NCBI GenBank assembly: GCA_019358935.1
Contig: JAHHIK010000004.1
Location: forward strand, 1 to 64,000
Reading direction: 5' to 3'
Source: Tolypothrix carrinoi HA7290-LM1
Lineage (GTDB): Bacteria > Cyanobacteriota > Cyanobacteriia > Cyanobacteriales > Nostocaceae
DNA: 64,000 nucleotides
Made by a program: the position numbers and the translations under genes
Notes under the pieces: generated by a model
What the model saw: the letters and a program-made list of their open reading frames with translations, nothing else
What the model was told of the DNA's origin: nothing
Databases searched by the model: none
Shown here: positions 19,747 to 31,253 of the stretch, piece after piece
Position numbering within the stretch: the first letter of the stretch is position 1
Layout of the letters: each line of letters starts with the position of its first letter

Positions 19747-20478
19747 TCAATCACCCTGCGGATAGTCCTCCCACAAAGCTGTAATTTCTCGCAGACTTTG
19801 GTGATTGCCATCGCCTAATATGAGATGATCTAACAGCGGAATGCCTAAAAACTGCGCTCCGGCTAATAATTGGCGTGTCAAGTCGATATCAGCCTGACTG
19901 GGTTCAACGTTACCAGAAGGATGATTGTGCGCGACTATCACCCGCGTTGCTCCATGACGAATAACTTCGCGAAAAATCTCGCGGGGAGGTGCTAAAGTTT
20001 CTGTGGCAGTACCGATGGTAATAACTTGCGTTCCCAGTAAACAATTCTTAACATCTAATAAAAGTACTGCAAAACGTTCTTGAGTTTGCCACATTAAATC
20101 TTGACTCAAAGCTGCCGCCGCCGCAACTGGACTATCAATTGGTGTACGGTCTAAAGGGCGAGATTGAAAAGCTCGTTTACCTAGTTCAACTGCTGCTAAA
20201 ATGGTAGTCGCCTTGGCAGGACCAATACCAGGTATTTGCATTAACTCAGCGGGGGTAACTTCTCGCAATACAGCTAAAGGGTCGCGATCGCATTTTGCCA
20301 ATTCATGTAGAATATATTGCCCCAAACCAATCGCTGATAATTTTCCCTGTCCTTGACCAGTGCCTAGTAAAATTGCGATTAACTCCGCTGTGGCTAAAAT
20401 TTTCGCTCCATGTGTCATTAACCGTTCTCGCGGACGTTCACTGGTTGGTATATCGGCAACTCTGAGGCAGTAGGTCAT
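19747..20478 (-). CDS. radC: RadC/JAB-domain protein
   Basis: ERPRERL, HhH GIGPAKA, HNHPSG...PS.AD, LLDHLI; ATG at 20478 is the likely start. Confidence 0.93.
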   Translation of the reverse strand: MTYCLRVADIPTSERPRERLMTHGAKILATAELIAILLGTGQGQGKLSAIGLGQYILHELAKCDRDPLAVLREVTPAELMQIPGIGPAKATTILAAVELGKRAFQSRPLDRTPIDSPVAAAAALSQDLMWQTQERFAVLLLDVKNCLLGTQVITIGTATETLAPPREIFREVIRHGATRVIVAHNHPSGNVEPSQADIDLTRQLLAGAQFLGIPLLDHLILGDGNHQSLREITALWEDYPQGD

Positions 20479-20619
20479 ATTGAGAATATACTGGAGATAG
20501 ATGAACCTATCTCTAGTTATCTCTTGTTTATTCTCCAAACCATTGTGATTTGACAAAATCTTTAATTTTGGTCAATTTTCTCTGGTTATCGAAATATTAG
20601 CTTCATATAGAAGCTAAGA

Positions 20620-21561
20620 TTAGTGGTGGATTTGGGTTGCTTTGAGCATATGGTAAGTAATCAGCAGCTGGGTGAGAGCAAGCGGGTAACTTTGGAGCGT
20701 TTCGCCAGTTGTACCGGCTATTTTACCCAATTCTGGATTGCTTTCGCGATCGCATATACTTTTTAAATGGGGCATATCAGAACAAATCAGCTGCTCTAAT
20801 TTATTAACTTGTTCCAAAGTTGCATGACCATCAACTTCTAAAACATCTACAGGTTTACCCATATCTCGATCTAATCCCAAGCGAATCGCTGAGTTAGAAT
20901 TACCATTGCCAAATTTAATAATCTCAGTAAAATCCGGATGGGGAATTGTCGGACGCAGTACCAACCGCACATTCAAGTGTCCGTTTGCTTGGTCTTCATC
21001 TTCACTCGACGGATAAAAACTAACTACTATATCAGACCATTGCCGCTGGGGACGGATAAACTGTTCTGAATCTGGTTCGCGCTTTTCTAATTCTGCCAGC
21101 ACTTGTTCTTCAGTGTAGCCGCGCTTTTGCGTATCCCGCTTGACTTTCCACTGAGCGCGTAGCGATTCTGGAGGTGCTAAGTAAACTTTTACATCATAGC
21201 AATCTCTGGCGCCGCGAGTTGAATAACCTAGCAATCCCTCAATAATCACGAATTTTGCAGGCTTGATATATATTGGTGGTTCAAAGGTGCCGGTTTTGTG
21301 GCTGTAAATTGGCTTGAGGATTGGCTGTCCTATCCGCAGTTGAGACAGGTGATGCTGCATTATATCAAGATAGTTGCAGTCAGGGTGTAAAGCTGTAATA
21401 CCGAGTTCAGATCGTTGCGTGCGATCGTAACGGTGATAATCATCTGTACAGATGATCGTCACATTCTCGGTTCCTAGTACCTGAGCAATTCCTTTAGTCA
21501 GTGTTGTCTTACCTGCTGCACTATCACCAACGATGCCAAGAATTATTGGACGGCTCATCAT
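20620..21561 (-). CDS. Phosphoribulokinase/uridine kinase-family protein (PRK-like paralogue)
   Basis: GDSAAGKTT, DDYH..DR, IEGL, WKVKRD..KRG. Confidence 0.85.
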   Translation of the reverse strand: MMSRPIILGIVGDSAAGKTTLTKGIAQVLGTENVTIICTDDYHRYDRTQRSELGITALHPDCNYLDIMQHHLSQLRIGQPILKPIYSHKTGTFEPPIYIKPAKFVIIEGLLGYSTRGARDCYDVKVYLAPPESLRAQWKVKRDTQKRGYTEEQVLAELEKREPDSEQFIRPQRQWSDIVVSFYPSSEDEDQANGHLNVRLVLRPTIPHPDFTEIIKFGNGNSNSAIRLGLDRDMGKPVDVLEVDGHATLEQVNKLEQLICSDMPHLKSICDRESNPELGKIAGTTGETLQSYPLALTQLLITYHMLKATQIHH

Positions 21562-21858
21562 ACCCCCAAAGTCAAAAATGTTTTGTATGTTATTTTACTT
21601 ATTTTAGAAAGTAATCATATCTAATTTCAGATAAAAATGTCTCTTAACAATCAAAATACTCACGTATTTCTGACGAAATTACATACAATCAATGCTTTTT
21701 TGCCATACGCAATTTTTTTGTATCGATTTATAAACGGTTTGTTACTAAATTTAATTTTGTAATAATAAAGGTAGATGCAAGATTCTTACATCTACCTTTA
21801 TAATGATTTGCCTGATGCCCATAAACCCGGTTTCGCAGGAGTTACCGGGTTTCTAAAG

Positions 21859-22149
21859 TTAGCGCGGACAAGAAGGTAAAGACTTATTAGCGTAATTACA
21901 ATCGAAATAATCTAGAGCATCACGACTAGATTCAAAACTATGGGTAATATATGAAGGTGCGCTATTTGTAGATGAATCGCGATTCCAGATTTTTAAGAAA
22001 TATTCGGTGTTATCAGTGCTGCGCCAAAGTTGATATTTATAATTGCCACCACCACCATTACTAATTAATGAATCAGCCATTGCTATAGTTGATGTAGTTA
22101 GCATTGTGGCTGTAGTTAAAAGGAAAAGAATACTCTTTTTAAATAACAT
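21859..22149 (-). CDS. Small secreted hypothetical protein
   Basis: Signal peptide ending AMA, two C-terminal Cys. Confidence 0.65.
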   Translation of the reverse strand: MLFKKSILFLLTTATMLTTSTIAMADSLISNGGGGNYKYQLWRSTDNTEYFLKIWNRDSSTNSAPSYITHSFESSRDALDYFDCNYANKSLPSCPR

Positions 22150-22311
22150 TTTTTTGATTCCTAAAGATTACATTACTTTTATATCCTTAAGAAACAGTTA
22201 AAAAAGTAAGTTAAATTAAATAAATCATCAATATATGATGAATGTAAAAGTCTACTTTTGAGACAAAGTAAGAGTTGTTACGGAAAATATTACAGCTTTT
22301 ATGTAAAGCTA

Positions 22312-22444
22312 CGTAGTAAGGACTTCAGTCCTTTCCTTATAAGATGAGTACTAAAGTCCTCACTACGAATGAAATAACATATCGTAGTAAGGACTTCAGT
22401 CCTTTCTAATAAGATGAGGACTAAAGTCCTCACTACGAATGAAA
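22312..22444. repeat. Tandem pair of REP-like palindromes (CGTAGTAAGGACTTCAGTCCT...CTAAAGTCCTCACTACG)
   Basis: Two near-identical units of about 70 bp; half copies near 10108 and 57946. Confidence 0.85.
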
Positions 22445-22451
22445 GAAGATA

Positions 22452-24146
22452 TTATTGCAGAATAACAAACTGCATTGGTTCTAAATCAAGTTTGACGCAT
22501 AATGATGGATTACTTGAGTCTGGATGCTTTTGCACGGTAACGCTTTCTTGTTGACCGTAAATAAACTTCATTGTGTCGCCACTTTTGTGGATGCTATTGT
22601 CTACAATTACGAAATCTTGTCTTCGTTCTGTGGTAGATGTATTGTAAGCAATTAAAATCTCTTCATTCGCAAGAATGCGAGAAAAAGCTAAAGTGCAAGG
22701 TTGATTTTGAGGTAAGCCAAAATCACGCCCATTACCAGAAATTTCCCGGAAGTACATGCGACCAAAGCGCAGTGGTTCTCTTGTTTGAAATAGTTGGGCG
22801 ATTTTGGCAATTTCTTGGTAAATATTGCAGTTTGGATTGAGATAGTTTTGTTTTGAATCCTCAAGGTTAAACATTGCCTCTCGGATAAATTCATCTCCAT
22901 TTCCTTTGCCAGAAAATCCTTGCTCAGTACCATAATAAATGCAAGGTGTCCCCATCGCACACAGCAAATAGCCAATACCTGCAATTACTTGCTTATCAGG
23001 GGAGTCTGCGGCAAATCTCCGCTTATAATCTTGTCCTATCTGGTCGTGATTATCAACAAATGTTACTAGATAACGTCCCAATTCACCGCGAGTTAATGCA
23101 TGACCTCTCAAGGCATCATAACGATTAATTAAACCGCTGGGAGAAGTCATTCCCTTGATTGCACTTGGTAAAGTCCAGTAAAGGGGAAAATCTAATACTG
23201 ATGTAAGTCCAAAATAAACGGTTTTACTATCAACTTGGGTTGGGGTATTTGGACCAGTGTAACGGTTAATCGCATCATCACCGCCGACTAATTCACCATA
23301 CAATAAAAACCAACGTTTACCCAATCGGTAAGCATATTCGCGAATTTCTGAACAAAAGCGAGAAACTGCGACTTCACCCATATGTTTGACAGCATCCATG
23401 CGAAAGCCGTCAATATCAGCTTCGCGCATCCAGTAACAATGAGCTTTAATAAGAACATCCTGAAGTTTCAGACCATCGGCATCGTCTTCATTATTAAAGC
23501 CTTTGAGGGAGAAGAAATCGCCATGCTGAGTTTCTGGATAACCATCCCAATTATTAATTTGACCTCGGCGATGATAATAGTTAGGGTTTCTTAATTCGCT
23601 GGGGATTGGTCGGTCTTCTCGTCTCCATTCGCCAAAAGGAAATTGTTGATCGTTGGAATAATAGTAGGGAAAATCACCTGGATAAGACCAATTATCCCCG
23701 GAATGATTGACTACTACATCAAGAAATACTCGCATATTTCTAGAATGGGCTGCTTCTACTAAGTCGATGAGGTCTTGTTTGGTGCCAAAACGAGGGTCGA
23801 TATCGAGATAGTTTTGAATTGAGTAGCCGTGGTATTTATCTGGATCGTTGTTGTTTTCAAAGATTGGGCTTAACCACAAAGCTGTACAACCTAAGTTTTT
23901 GATGTAGTCTAAGTTGTTCTCAATTCCTTTGATGGTACCACCGCAGAATTTCTTCAGTTGTTCTTGAGTTCCAGCGCCGGTGGATCTTGCAGGTGTGTTA
24001 ACTGGTGTGCGGTTTTTATCGTCATGAAAGCGATCCACCATCATGAAGTAGATAAACTCTTCTCGCCATTCGCGATCGCAGTTCCAATATCTTTTTCCTG
24101 GAATCGACTTGAGGTCAATTTCAGCTATTGAAGTTGGGCTAGTCAT
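22452..24146 (-). CDS. GH13 alpha-amylase-family glycoside hydrolase
   Basis: DVVVNH, DGFRMDAVKH, YGE and FVDNHD conserved regions I-IV; start at 24146 or 24176. Confidence 0.92.
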   Translation of the reverse strand: MTSPTSIAEIDLKSIPGKRYWNCDREWREEFIYFMMVDRFHDDKNRTPVNTPARSTGAGTQEQLKKFCGGTIKGIENNLDYIKNLGCTALWLSPIFENNNDPDKYHGYSIQNYLDIDPRFGTKQDLIDLVEAAHSRNMRVFLDVVVNHSGDNWSYPGDFPYYYSNDQQFPFGEWRREDRPIPSELRNPNYYHRRGQINNWDGYPETQHGDFFSLKGFNNEDDADGLKLQDVLIKAHCYWMREADIDGFRMDAVKHMGEVAVSRFCSEIREYAYRLGKRWFLLYGELVGGDDAINRYTGPNTPTQVDSKTVYFGLTSVLDFPLYWTLPSAIKGMTSPSGLINRYDALRGHALTRGELGRYLVTFVDNHDQIGQDYKRRFAADSPDKQVIAGIGYLLCAMGTPCIYYGTEQGFSGKGNGDEFIREAMFNLEDSKQNYLNPNCNIYQEIAKIAQLFQTREPLRFGRMYFREISGNGRDFGLPQNQPCTLAFSRILANEEILIAYNTSTTERRQDFVIVDNSIHKSGDTMKFIYGQQESVTVQKHPDSSNPSLCVKLDLEPMQFVILQ

Positions 24147-24292
24147 GCAAAATTCTCTTCCCTTATGATTGTACAATGGCTCTACAAAACTAATGCAGCG
24201 GTTCTAGGTTCTTATAGGCTGGTTGTAGTTTAGGTTATGCAGTTTCAGGCAGTGAAATTCTCTAAAGTGTAAGGAAAGCGATCGCATTCATC

Positions 24293-24970
24293 ATGGGAAA
24301 ACAAACTCTAGGACTGGAACAACATATTTATGACTACTTGCAGTCGATATCTCTGCGAGAGCCAGAAATTTTACGGCAACTACGTCACGAAACAGACCAG
24401 CAGCCACTTTCACAAATGCAAATTTCTCCCGAACAGGGACAGTTTATGGCGTTGCTGGTGCAGTTGATGGGTGCTAAGAAAACTTTAGAAGTAGGGGTAT
24501 TTACGGGTTATAGTTCGCTGATAGTTGCATTGGCGTTACCACCATCCGGTAAGGTTGTTGCTTGTGATGTCAGTGAAGAGTATACTGCGATCGCACGCCG
24601 TTATTGGCAGCAAGCAGGTGTGGCAGATAAAATTGACTTGCACATCGCTCCGGCAATGGATACTTTAGATCGATTGCTGGCAAATGGTGAAGCGGAAACT
24701 TTTGATTTTGCTTTCATCGATGCCGACAAAAGCAGCTATGACGGCTATTATGAACGAGCATTACAATTAGTGCGTCCGGGTGGATTGATAGCGATCGATA
24801 ATGTACTATGGTCAGGGCGCGTCGCCGATCGCGAAGTGCAAGACAACAGAACCAAGACGATTCGCGCCCTCAATCAAAAGCTACATCAAGACTCCCGAAT
24901 TACTCTTAGTCTTGTGCCGATCGCTGATGGTTTGACTTTGGCGTTAAAGCTTCCTCAGTCCTCTTCTTAG
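24293..24970 (+). CDS. Caffeoyl-CoA-type O-methyltransferase (Methyltransf_3)
   Basis: [27 protein letters not shown]. Confidence 0.92.
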   Translation: MGKQTLGLEQHIYDYLQSISLREPEILRQLRHETDQQPLSQMQISPEQGQFMALLVQLMGAKKTLEVGVFTGYSSLIVALALPPSGKVVACDVSEEYTAIARRYWQQAGVADKIDLHIAPAMDTLDRLLANGEAETFDFAFIDADKSSYDGYYERALQLVRPGGLIAIDNVLWSGRVADREVQDNRTKTIRALNQKLHQDSRITLSLVPIADGLTLALKLPQSSS

Positions 24971-25838
24971 CTAATTCTAACTGGCGTTGCTTCTGCTGCA
25001 TTCGTAATCTTTTATCCTCAGTAAGGCTATCAAAACAGTGCGAGCAAGAAATGCCTAATTCATATTTTGGGTCAGCTTTATCTGACTCAGAAATTGGATG
25101 TCCGCAACTAACACACTTTTCGTAAGTTCCTTCCTCCAAGTTGTGACGGACGGCAACTCGTTCATCAAAGACAAAACATTCCCCCGACCACAAGCTTTCT
25201 TCGGCGGGAACTTCTTCTAAGTACTTGAGAATGCCACCCTTGAGATGATATACTTGCTCAAAGCCTTGAGCAAGCAAAAAAGAAGAAGCTTTTTCGCAGC
25301 GAATTCCCCCAGTACAAAATAGTGCTACCCTTTTGTGTTTGGAGGGGTCGAGGTGGTCGCGAACATAATCGGGAAATTGCCGGAATGTTTCTGTTTGGGG
25401 ATTTTGCGCTCTTTGGAATGTACCGATATCTACTTCATAATCGTTGCGAGTATCAATCACGGTGACTTCTGGATCGCTAATTAGGTCATTCCAATCCTGA
25501 GGACTGATATAAGTGCCGACTTGCTGATTTGGGTCAACTTCTGGCAAACCCAAAGTGACAATTTCTGACTTTAAGCGCACTTTCATGCGCTCAAATGGCG
25601 GTGTGTCAGTATAAGATTCTTTATGTTCTAAGTCTGCCAAACGAGGATCGGAACGCAGAAAGGACAAAACTGAGTCAACCCTGTCACGCGAACCGGCAAT
25701 TGTACCGTTAATGCCTTCTTTTGCTAGCAAAATCGTCCCCTTAACTTCTTGTGCTTGACAGTAAGACAGCAGAATGCTTTGTTTTTCCGCAAAATCTGGC
25801 AAGCTGACAAATTTGTAGAATGTTACAACTAATATCAT
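24906..25838 (-). CDS. trhO: tRNA U34 hydroxylase, rhodanese-domain protein (YceA/UPF0176)
   Basis: [43 protein letters not shown]. Confidence 0.9.
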   Translation of the reverse strand: MILVVTFYKFVSLPDFAEKQSILLSYCQAQEVKGTILLAKEGINGTIAGSRDRVDSVLSFLRSDPRLADLEHKESYTDTPPFERMKVRLKSEIVTLGLPEVDPNQQVGTYISPQDWNDLISDPEVTVIDTRNDYEVDIGTFQRAQNPQTETFRQFPDYVRDHLDPSKHKRVALFCTGGIRCEKASSFLLAQGFEQVYHLKGGILKYLEEVPAEESLWSGECFVFDERVAVRHNLEEGTYEKCVSCGHPISESDKADPKYELGISCSHCFDSLTEDKRLRMQQKQRQLELAKKRTEEALTPKSNHQRSAQD

Positions 25839-26015
25839 TTCTTTGTTTGTCCCCCTTTCGGAAAAAAATAATATGTGTTAATATAAGTCCAGCAGTTGAA
25901 TTTACACAATTTTGTTTGATTCTTGGTATTCGATTGTTGAAGCGACCTAATGGTAAGGTTTTCTCAATCAAAAATCTAAAATCCAAAATTGTATCGCCTG
26001 CTTTTTTAATTTTAT

Positions 26016-26088
26016 GGGGGTTTAGCTCAGTTGGTAGAGCGCCTGCTTTGCAAGCAGGATGTCAGCGGTTCGAGTCCGCTAACCTCCA
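26016..26088 (+). tRNA. tRNA-Ala(TGC)
   Basis: Cloverleaf, anticodon arm CCTGC-TT-TGC-AA-GCAGG, G3:U70 pair. Confidence 0.97.
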
Positions 26089-26192
26089 TTAAAGGTATAT
26101 TAAACTCTTATTCTTTGCGCCTTTGCGCCTACTCTTCGAGAACGGCTCCGCCGAATGCGTGAGGTAATTCATATAGAGTTTTTGCATAAGTC

Positions 26193-26813
26193 CTAAGTAT
26201 GTTGAAAGACTACTGATAGATTATTTGCTGGCATTTGGTAAGTATTTATCAAGTTAAGGTTTTGCGCTTTTGCCGCTGCTACAACGTCATCTAAGTCACG
26301 TACACCCCAGTTTGGGTTTTGTGCGCGTAAAGAACTGTCAAAAGCTGCATTACTTGGTGAAGTATGTTCTCCGTTTTGTTTGAAGGGACCATATAAATAA
26401 AGGATGCCGCCTGGTGGTAAGATGCGATCGCTAAGAGCCATTAATCCCAAGCACGCTCCCCAAGGAGAAATGTGAATCATATTGATGTTGACTATAGCTG
26501 TAATTGGCGTGGTATCTGGTAAAGTCCAAACTGACGCACTAGCATCAAAATCGAGAGGTGGATAAAGATTATCAGATGGTGAATGTGCAATCCAGGCAGC
26601 AATACTAGCTAGCGATCGCGGATTAGGATCTGTTGGCAGCCATTTACGAGGTTTGAGGTGTGGGGCAAAATATACTGCATGTTCCCCAGTACCGCTGGCT
26701 ATTTCCAAAATAGTGCCACTTGCAGGCAGAACTTGTAAAAGTATTTTTAGGATAACTTCGCGGTTGCGTTGAGTTGCTGGTGCGAATTGTCGTGCATCTT
26801 GTGGTGTATTCAT
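26193..26813 (-). CDS. DUF938-family SAM-dependent methyltransferase
   Basis: APATQRN, LEIASGTGEH, NMIHISPW, YGPF, MPANN. Confidence 0.9.
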   Translation of the reverse strand: MNTPQDARQFAPATQRNREVILKILLQVLPASGTILEIASGTGEHAVYFAPHLKPRKWLPTDPNPRSLASIAAWIAHSPSDNLYPPLDFDASASVWTLPDTTPITAIVNINMIHISPWGACLGLMALSDRILPPGGILYLYGPFKQNGEHTSPSNAAFDSSLRAQNPNWGVRDLDDVVAAAKAQNLNLINTYQMPANNLSVVFQHT

Positions 26814-26880
26814 AAATTTTCTCTGATATCAATATTGCACGAGTGCGATGGCGCAAAGCGCCCGCCATAGGCGATCGCTA

Positions 26881-27339
26881 TTATTCGATTATCTCATCAG
26901 TGGCGGGTGAACCTGGAAAAAAGCGATCGCTTAATATATCTTCCACTGTGTACGGACAATCTTGCGGAAATGTTTTCAGAGGAAGATTTGTTTCTCCAGA
27001 AGCTAGTAAAATTGCTTTGATATAAGCTTTCTGGAGAACTTCTTGCAGGTAAGGTTTGAGACTAGGATTTTCTGCAAGTAATTCCAAGGTATCTATACGT
27101 TGTATGCGAATCGTATTTAACCAACTACGACTTCGTTTTTCGGGTTGATATTCCCATTTTAGTAAATGTGCAATTAAGATACTCCAACGATTTCGCAGTT
27201 CAGCACGTTGCTGTTTACCCAAAGATTCAATTTCCTCGATTAAGTTGGACAAGTCAAGCTGGTTCCATTGCTGATGACGAAGCAGGTTAGCTTGTTTTTG
27301 AGTCCAAGCGTAGAAGTCAGTTTCATAAAGGTTTTGCAT
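26881..27339 (-). CDS. DUF29-family protein
   Basis: LYETDFYAW, LD..NLIEEIESLG, HLLKW.YQP, SW..TI..QR, NPSLK. Confidence 0.92.
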   Translation of the reverse strand: MQNLYETDFYAWTQKQANLLRHQQWNQLDLSNLIEEIESLGKQQRAELRNRWSILIAHLLKWEYQPEKRSRSWLNTIRIQRIDTLELLAENPSLKPYLQEVLQKAYIKAILLASGETNLPLKTFPQDCPYTVEDILSDRFFPGSPATDEIIE

Positions 27340-27724
27340 TACTTTTTGCTGCTTATGGTGTCTGCATAATAAGGTGAAAACAAGCGCGAACTTTCCCCTA
27401 TTTTAATGTCAGCAAGCGCAAATATACGCCCACAGGCTTCCAGCCTGTGGCTACACAAACAAAGCCTGCCTTGTCTGCGACACCCTTCTAGGGTGTTGAT
27501 TACTTTTGAATTAAGTTTCCGCATGTCATGGGATTTATTATTCAAAATTATGCACTTTATTAATAATACGTAAAATAAACTTTATTAAGTTACTACGTTT
27601 GAAGTGATATTTATTAAGTAAAAATTAACATTAGCGTGTCTGAAAATACCCTAAATTAAAATTGTCGATTTAATGGTGGTTGAGAAAATTTCAAAAAATT
27701 TTCATTGCTGCTTAGGGAAAACAG

Positions 27725-30700
27725 ATGACGCGAGAATCAGCTTCAACTTATGAATATCAAGTTGGGGGTAGTTTACCAATTGAGTCTCTCACCTACGTCC
27801 GACGACAAGCTGATGAAGACCTCTACAAGTACTTGAAAGCGGGAGAGTTTTGTTATGTCCTCAACTCCCGGCAAATGGGCAAATCTAGTTTGCGCGTGCA
27901 AGTAATGCAGCAGTTGCAACAAGAAGAAATTGCTTGTGCAGTAATTGATATTACCTCAATTGGGACGGCAGATATTACACCCGAACAGTGGTATGCTGGC
28001 GTAATAGATACATTAATTGGCAGCTTCAATCTTTACACCACTTTTGATTTAGATACATGGTGGACTGATAATCATTTATTATCACCAGTTCAAAAGTTGA
28101 ATAATTTTCTTGATAAAGTACTGCTGGAATTAGTTGTTACAAATATTGTTATTTTTATTGACGAAATTGATAGTATTCTCAGCCTTGGATTTAATCCTGA
28201 TGATTTTTTTGCGGTAATCCGCGACTGCTACAACCGTCGAGCAGACAACCCCGCTTATCGTCGTCTTACTTTTGCAATATTGGGAGTGTCTACACCTTCA
28301 GATTTAATTCAAGATAAGAGACGGACACCTTTTAATATTGGTAGAGCAATTGAATTAACTGGTTTCCAGCTTGAGGAAGCGCAACCGTTAGCACGGGGAT
28401 TAGTGACGGTAGGAAATCCGCAAACATTGATGGAAGCAGTGCTGTACTGGACAGGAGGACAGCCGTTTTTGACACAAAAAGTTTGTAAGTTACTGAAGAC
28501 TGGGAAATACGAATTGCTGATTGCTGATTTAGTCAGAAAGCGCATTATTGAAAATTGGGAAACGCAGGATGAACCAGAGCATTTGAAAACAATTATAAAT
28601 AGGATACTTTATAGTAGTGAACAGCGTAGCGGTAGGTTGTTAGGATTGTGTCAGCAAATTTTGCAGCAAGAAGAAATAATAGCCGATGACAGTGCCGAAC
28701 AAACTGAACTGCGGTTGACAGGATTGGTAGTGAAGCGCGATGGTAAACTGCGATTTTATAACCGCATATATAAGGAAGTATTTAATCAAGAATGGTGCGA
28801 TCGCCAACTTGCCAAACTGCGTCCTTATGCTCAATTACTCAATGCGTGGATAGCCTCACAGCGTCAGGATGAGTCACGCTTATTGCGGGGACAAGCGCTA
28901 CAAGATGCTCAAGCTTGGGTAGCAATGCAAAGTTTAACAGATTTGGATTATCAGTTTTTAGCCGCTAGCCAAGAGGTAGAACAGCGCGATATTCGGCAAC
29001 GATTAGAGGCTGAAGCAGTAACTGCAAAAGCAGAATTTGAAGTAGCAAGAACTAGAGAAAAGATTAAAGTTCAAAAGCAAATAACTCGACTAGCGATCGC
29101 ATCTTTTATCTGTATCACGGGATTCGCAATCTTTGCAGGAGTTAAATGGAGACAAGCAGATGAAGGTCAGATTCTACCACTAACAATATCCTCAAACACA
29201 AAATTCCAATTAAATCGAAGTTCGTTTGATGCCTTAATAGATGCTCTCAGAGCCGGAAAACGCCTAAAGCGCTCTATTTGGTATAGAAACGACCCAAAGC
29301 TAAAGGCTGAACTAATGGAAGCGTTTAATGCAGCTTACTGGGTTAGAGAAAGCAATATTTTACAAAAACACCAAGGCTTTGTTCAGAAGGTTAGATTTAG
29401 CCCTGATGGTAAAACAATTGCCACTGCAAGTTTCGATAATACTGCAAAACTTTGGAGTGCAGATGGCAGGGAACTCTTAACCTTGAACGGACACACTCAA
29501 GCAGTTGTAGATGTCAGTTTCAGTCCCGACGGTCAAACGATCGCTACCGCTAGTCGGGATGGAACTGTAAAATTTTGGAATCGTCAAGGAAAGCTTCTAA
29601 AAACTTTAAATGCACATAAAAATTCAGTCGTCTGGAGTGTTAGTTTTAGTCCCGACGGTAAGAAAATTGCCACCGCTAGTGAAGATAATACAGTAAAACT
29701 TTGGACATCGGATGGTCGTCTTTTGAAGACTTTAACAGATCATAAAAATGAAGTCTACAGCGTCAGCTTTAGTCCCGATGGAAAGACAATTGCTACCGCT
29801 AGTGCCGATGAAACAGTGAAACTTTGGGATATTGAAGGTAAATTGCTGCATACTTTTACAGGGCATAAATATTGGGTATCTAGTGCGCTTTTTAGTCCTG
29901 ATGGTCAAATTATCGCTTCTGCCAGTGCTGACAAAACTGTTATTCTTTGGGATGTAAACAAGAAAACCAAACTATTAACTATAATCGGGCATAAAAAGAC
30001 AGTGATAGATGTTGTTTTCAGCCCTAATAGTCAGAATATTGCGACTGCGAGTGCCGATAAAACAGTAAAAGTCTGGCAGCGACGAAATGGTGTACTTTTA
30101 CAAACTTTGGAAGGACATCAAGATGAAGTTAGTAGTGTTAGTTTTAACCCTCAAGGAAACATACTTGCATCTGCTAGCAACGACAACACGGTTAAACTTT
30201 GGCAAGTGAATGATTGGCTGACAAGTTTTACTGGACATGATGACTCAATCTACAGTGTTGATATCAGCCGCAAAGGTAATATTATTGCAACTGCTAGTGG
30301 TGATGCGACTGTAAAACTTTGGAACTTGCAAGGACAAGAACTCAAAACACTCGTAGGACATAGTGATACTGTAGCTAGTGCTACTTTCAGCCCAGATGGT
30401 AAGATGATTGCAACTGGTAGTAACGATAAAACTATTAGGCTGTGGAACTTGCAGGGACAGTTAATCAAAACACTCGCAGAACATATTGATAGTATTACTA
30501 GCGTTAGTTTTAGCCCGGATGGTAACACAATTGCCAGTAGCAGTCTGGACGGAACTGTGAAACTTTGGAATCGAGAAGGAAAACTTTTAAACACTCTCAA
30601 AGGAAATATTACAAGAATTTCTAACGTCAGTTTTAGTCCAGATGGCAACATTATTGCTTCTCCTGGTAGGGATGGAAAAGTACAACTTTGGAACCTGAAT

Positions 30701-31177
30701 GGAACTCCTTTACGTAGCTGGAAGGCACATGATGCGTCAGTCTATAAAATTCGTTTTAGCCCTGATAACCAAGTCATTGCTACTTCTAGTCAAGATAGTA
30801 CTGTGAAGTTGTGGAGTTTGGATGGTCGTCCTTTAAAGACATTAACGGGTCACACTGCTGGTATTTCCGGCTTAGATTTTAGTCCAGACGGTCAAATGAT
30901 TGCTACAGCTAGTGATGACCGCACAGTCAAAATTTGGAGTCGTCAAGGAGTGTTAATTACTACTTTATTTGGACATTATAATGCTGTTAATTCAGTCAAA
31001 TTCAGCCCCGATAGCAAAAGCCTTCTTACTGGTAGTTCAGATAAAACGGTGCTGAGATGGAATATCGATAAATTAACACTTGAAAAGTTTTTAGACAGAG
31101 GATGCTATTGGTTAAGTGAATATATCAAAACCAATAATAAAGCTCCCACTGATATTTGCGACGAAAATAAAAGGTAA
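27725..31177 (+). CDS. AAA_35 (STAND-like) NTPase - TM - WD40 repeat protein
   Basis: YQVGGSL, Walker A SRQMGKSS, Walker [18 protein letters not shown], a hydrophobic segment, about 14 WD40 repeats (SFSPDG..IATAS.D.TVKLW). Confidence 0.92.
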   Translation: MTRESASTYEYQVGGSLPIESLTYVRRQADEDLYKYLKAGEFCYVLNSRQMGKSSLRVQVMQQLQQEEIACAVIDITSIGTADITPEQWYAGVIDTLIGSFNLYTTFDLDTWWTDNHLLSPVQKLNNFLDKVLLELVVTNIVIFIDEIDSILSLGFNPDDFFAVIRDCYNRRADNPAYRRLTFAILGVSTPSDLIQDKRRTPFNIGRAIELTGFQLEEAQPLARGLVTVGNPQTLMEAVLYWTGGQPFLTQKVCKLLKTGKYELLIADLVRKRIIENWETQDEPEHLKTIINRILYSSEQRSGRLLGLCQQILQQEEIIADDSAEQTELRLTGLVVKRDGKLRFYNRIYKEVFNQEWCDRQLAKLRPYAQLLNAWIASQRQDESRLLRGQALQDAQAWVAMQSLTDLDYQFLAASQEVEQRDIRQRLEAEAVTAKAEFEVARTREKIKVQKQITRLAIASFICITGFAIFAGVKWRQADEGQILPLTISSNTKFQLNRSSFDALIDALRAGKRLKRSIWYRNDPKLKAELMEAFNAAYWVRESNILQKHQGFVQKVRFSPDGKTIATASFDNTAKLWSADGRELLTLNGHTQAVVDVSFSPDGQTIATASRDGTVKFWNRQGKLLKTLNAHKNSVVWSVSFSPDGKKIATASEDNTVKLWTSDGRLLKTLTDHKNEVYSVSFSPDGKTIATASADETVKLWDIEGKLLHTFTGHKYWVSSALFSPDGQIIASASADKTVILWDVNKKTKLLTIIGHKKTVIDVVFSPNSQNIATASADKTVKVWQRRNGVLLQTLEGHQDEVSSVSFNPQGNILASASNDNTVKLWQVNDWLTSFTGHDDSIYSVDISRKGNIIATASGDATVKLWNLQGQELKTLVGHSDTVASATFSPDGKMIATGSNDKTIRLWNLQGQLIKTLAEHIDSITSVSFSPDGNTIASSSLDGTVKLWNREGKLLNTLKGNITRISNVSFSPDGNIIASPGRDGKVQLWNLNGTPLRSWKAHDASVYKIRFSPDNQVIATSSQDSTVKLWSLDGRPLKTLTGHTAGISGLDFSPDGQMIATASDDRTVKIWSRQGVLITTLFGHYNAVNSVKFSPDSKSLLTGSSDKTVLRWNIDKLTLEKFLDRGCYWLSEYIKTNNKAPTDICDENKR

Positions 31178-31253
31178 TTTCAACCTGAAGTTATCTTTTT
31201 GATAAAATTTCTAGGCAACAAGCAACTTATACAATTCATTAGGAAGTGCAGTC

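Noticed and set aside
22312..22444. Possible mini-CRISPR
   Set aside because: Only two long palindromic units of a dispersed REP-like family
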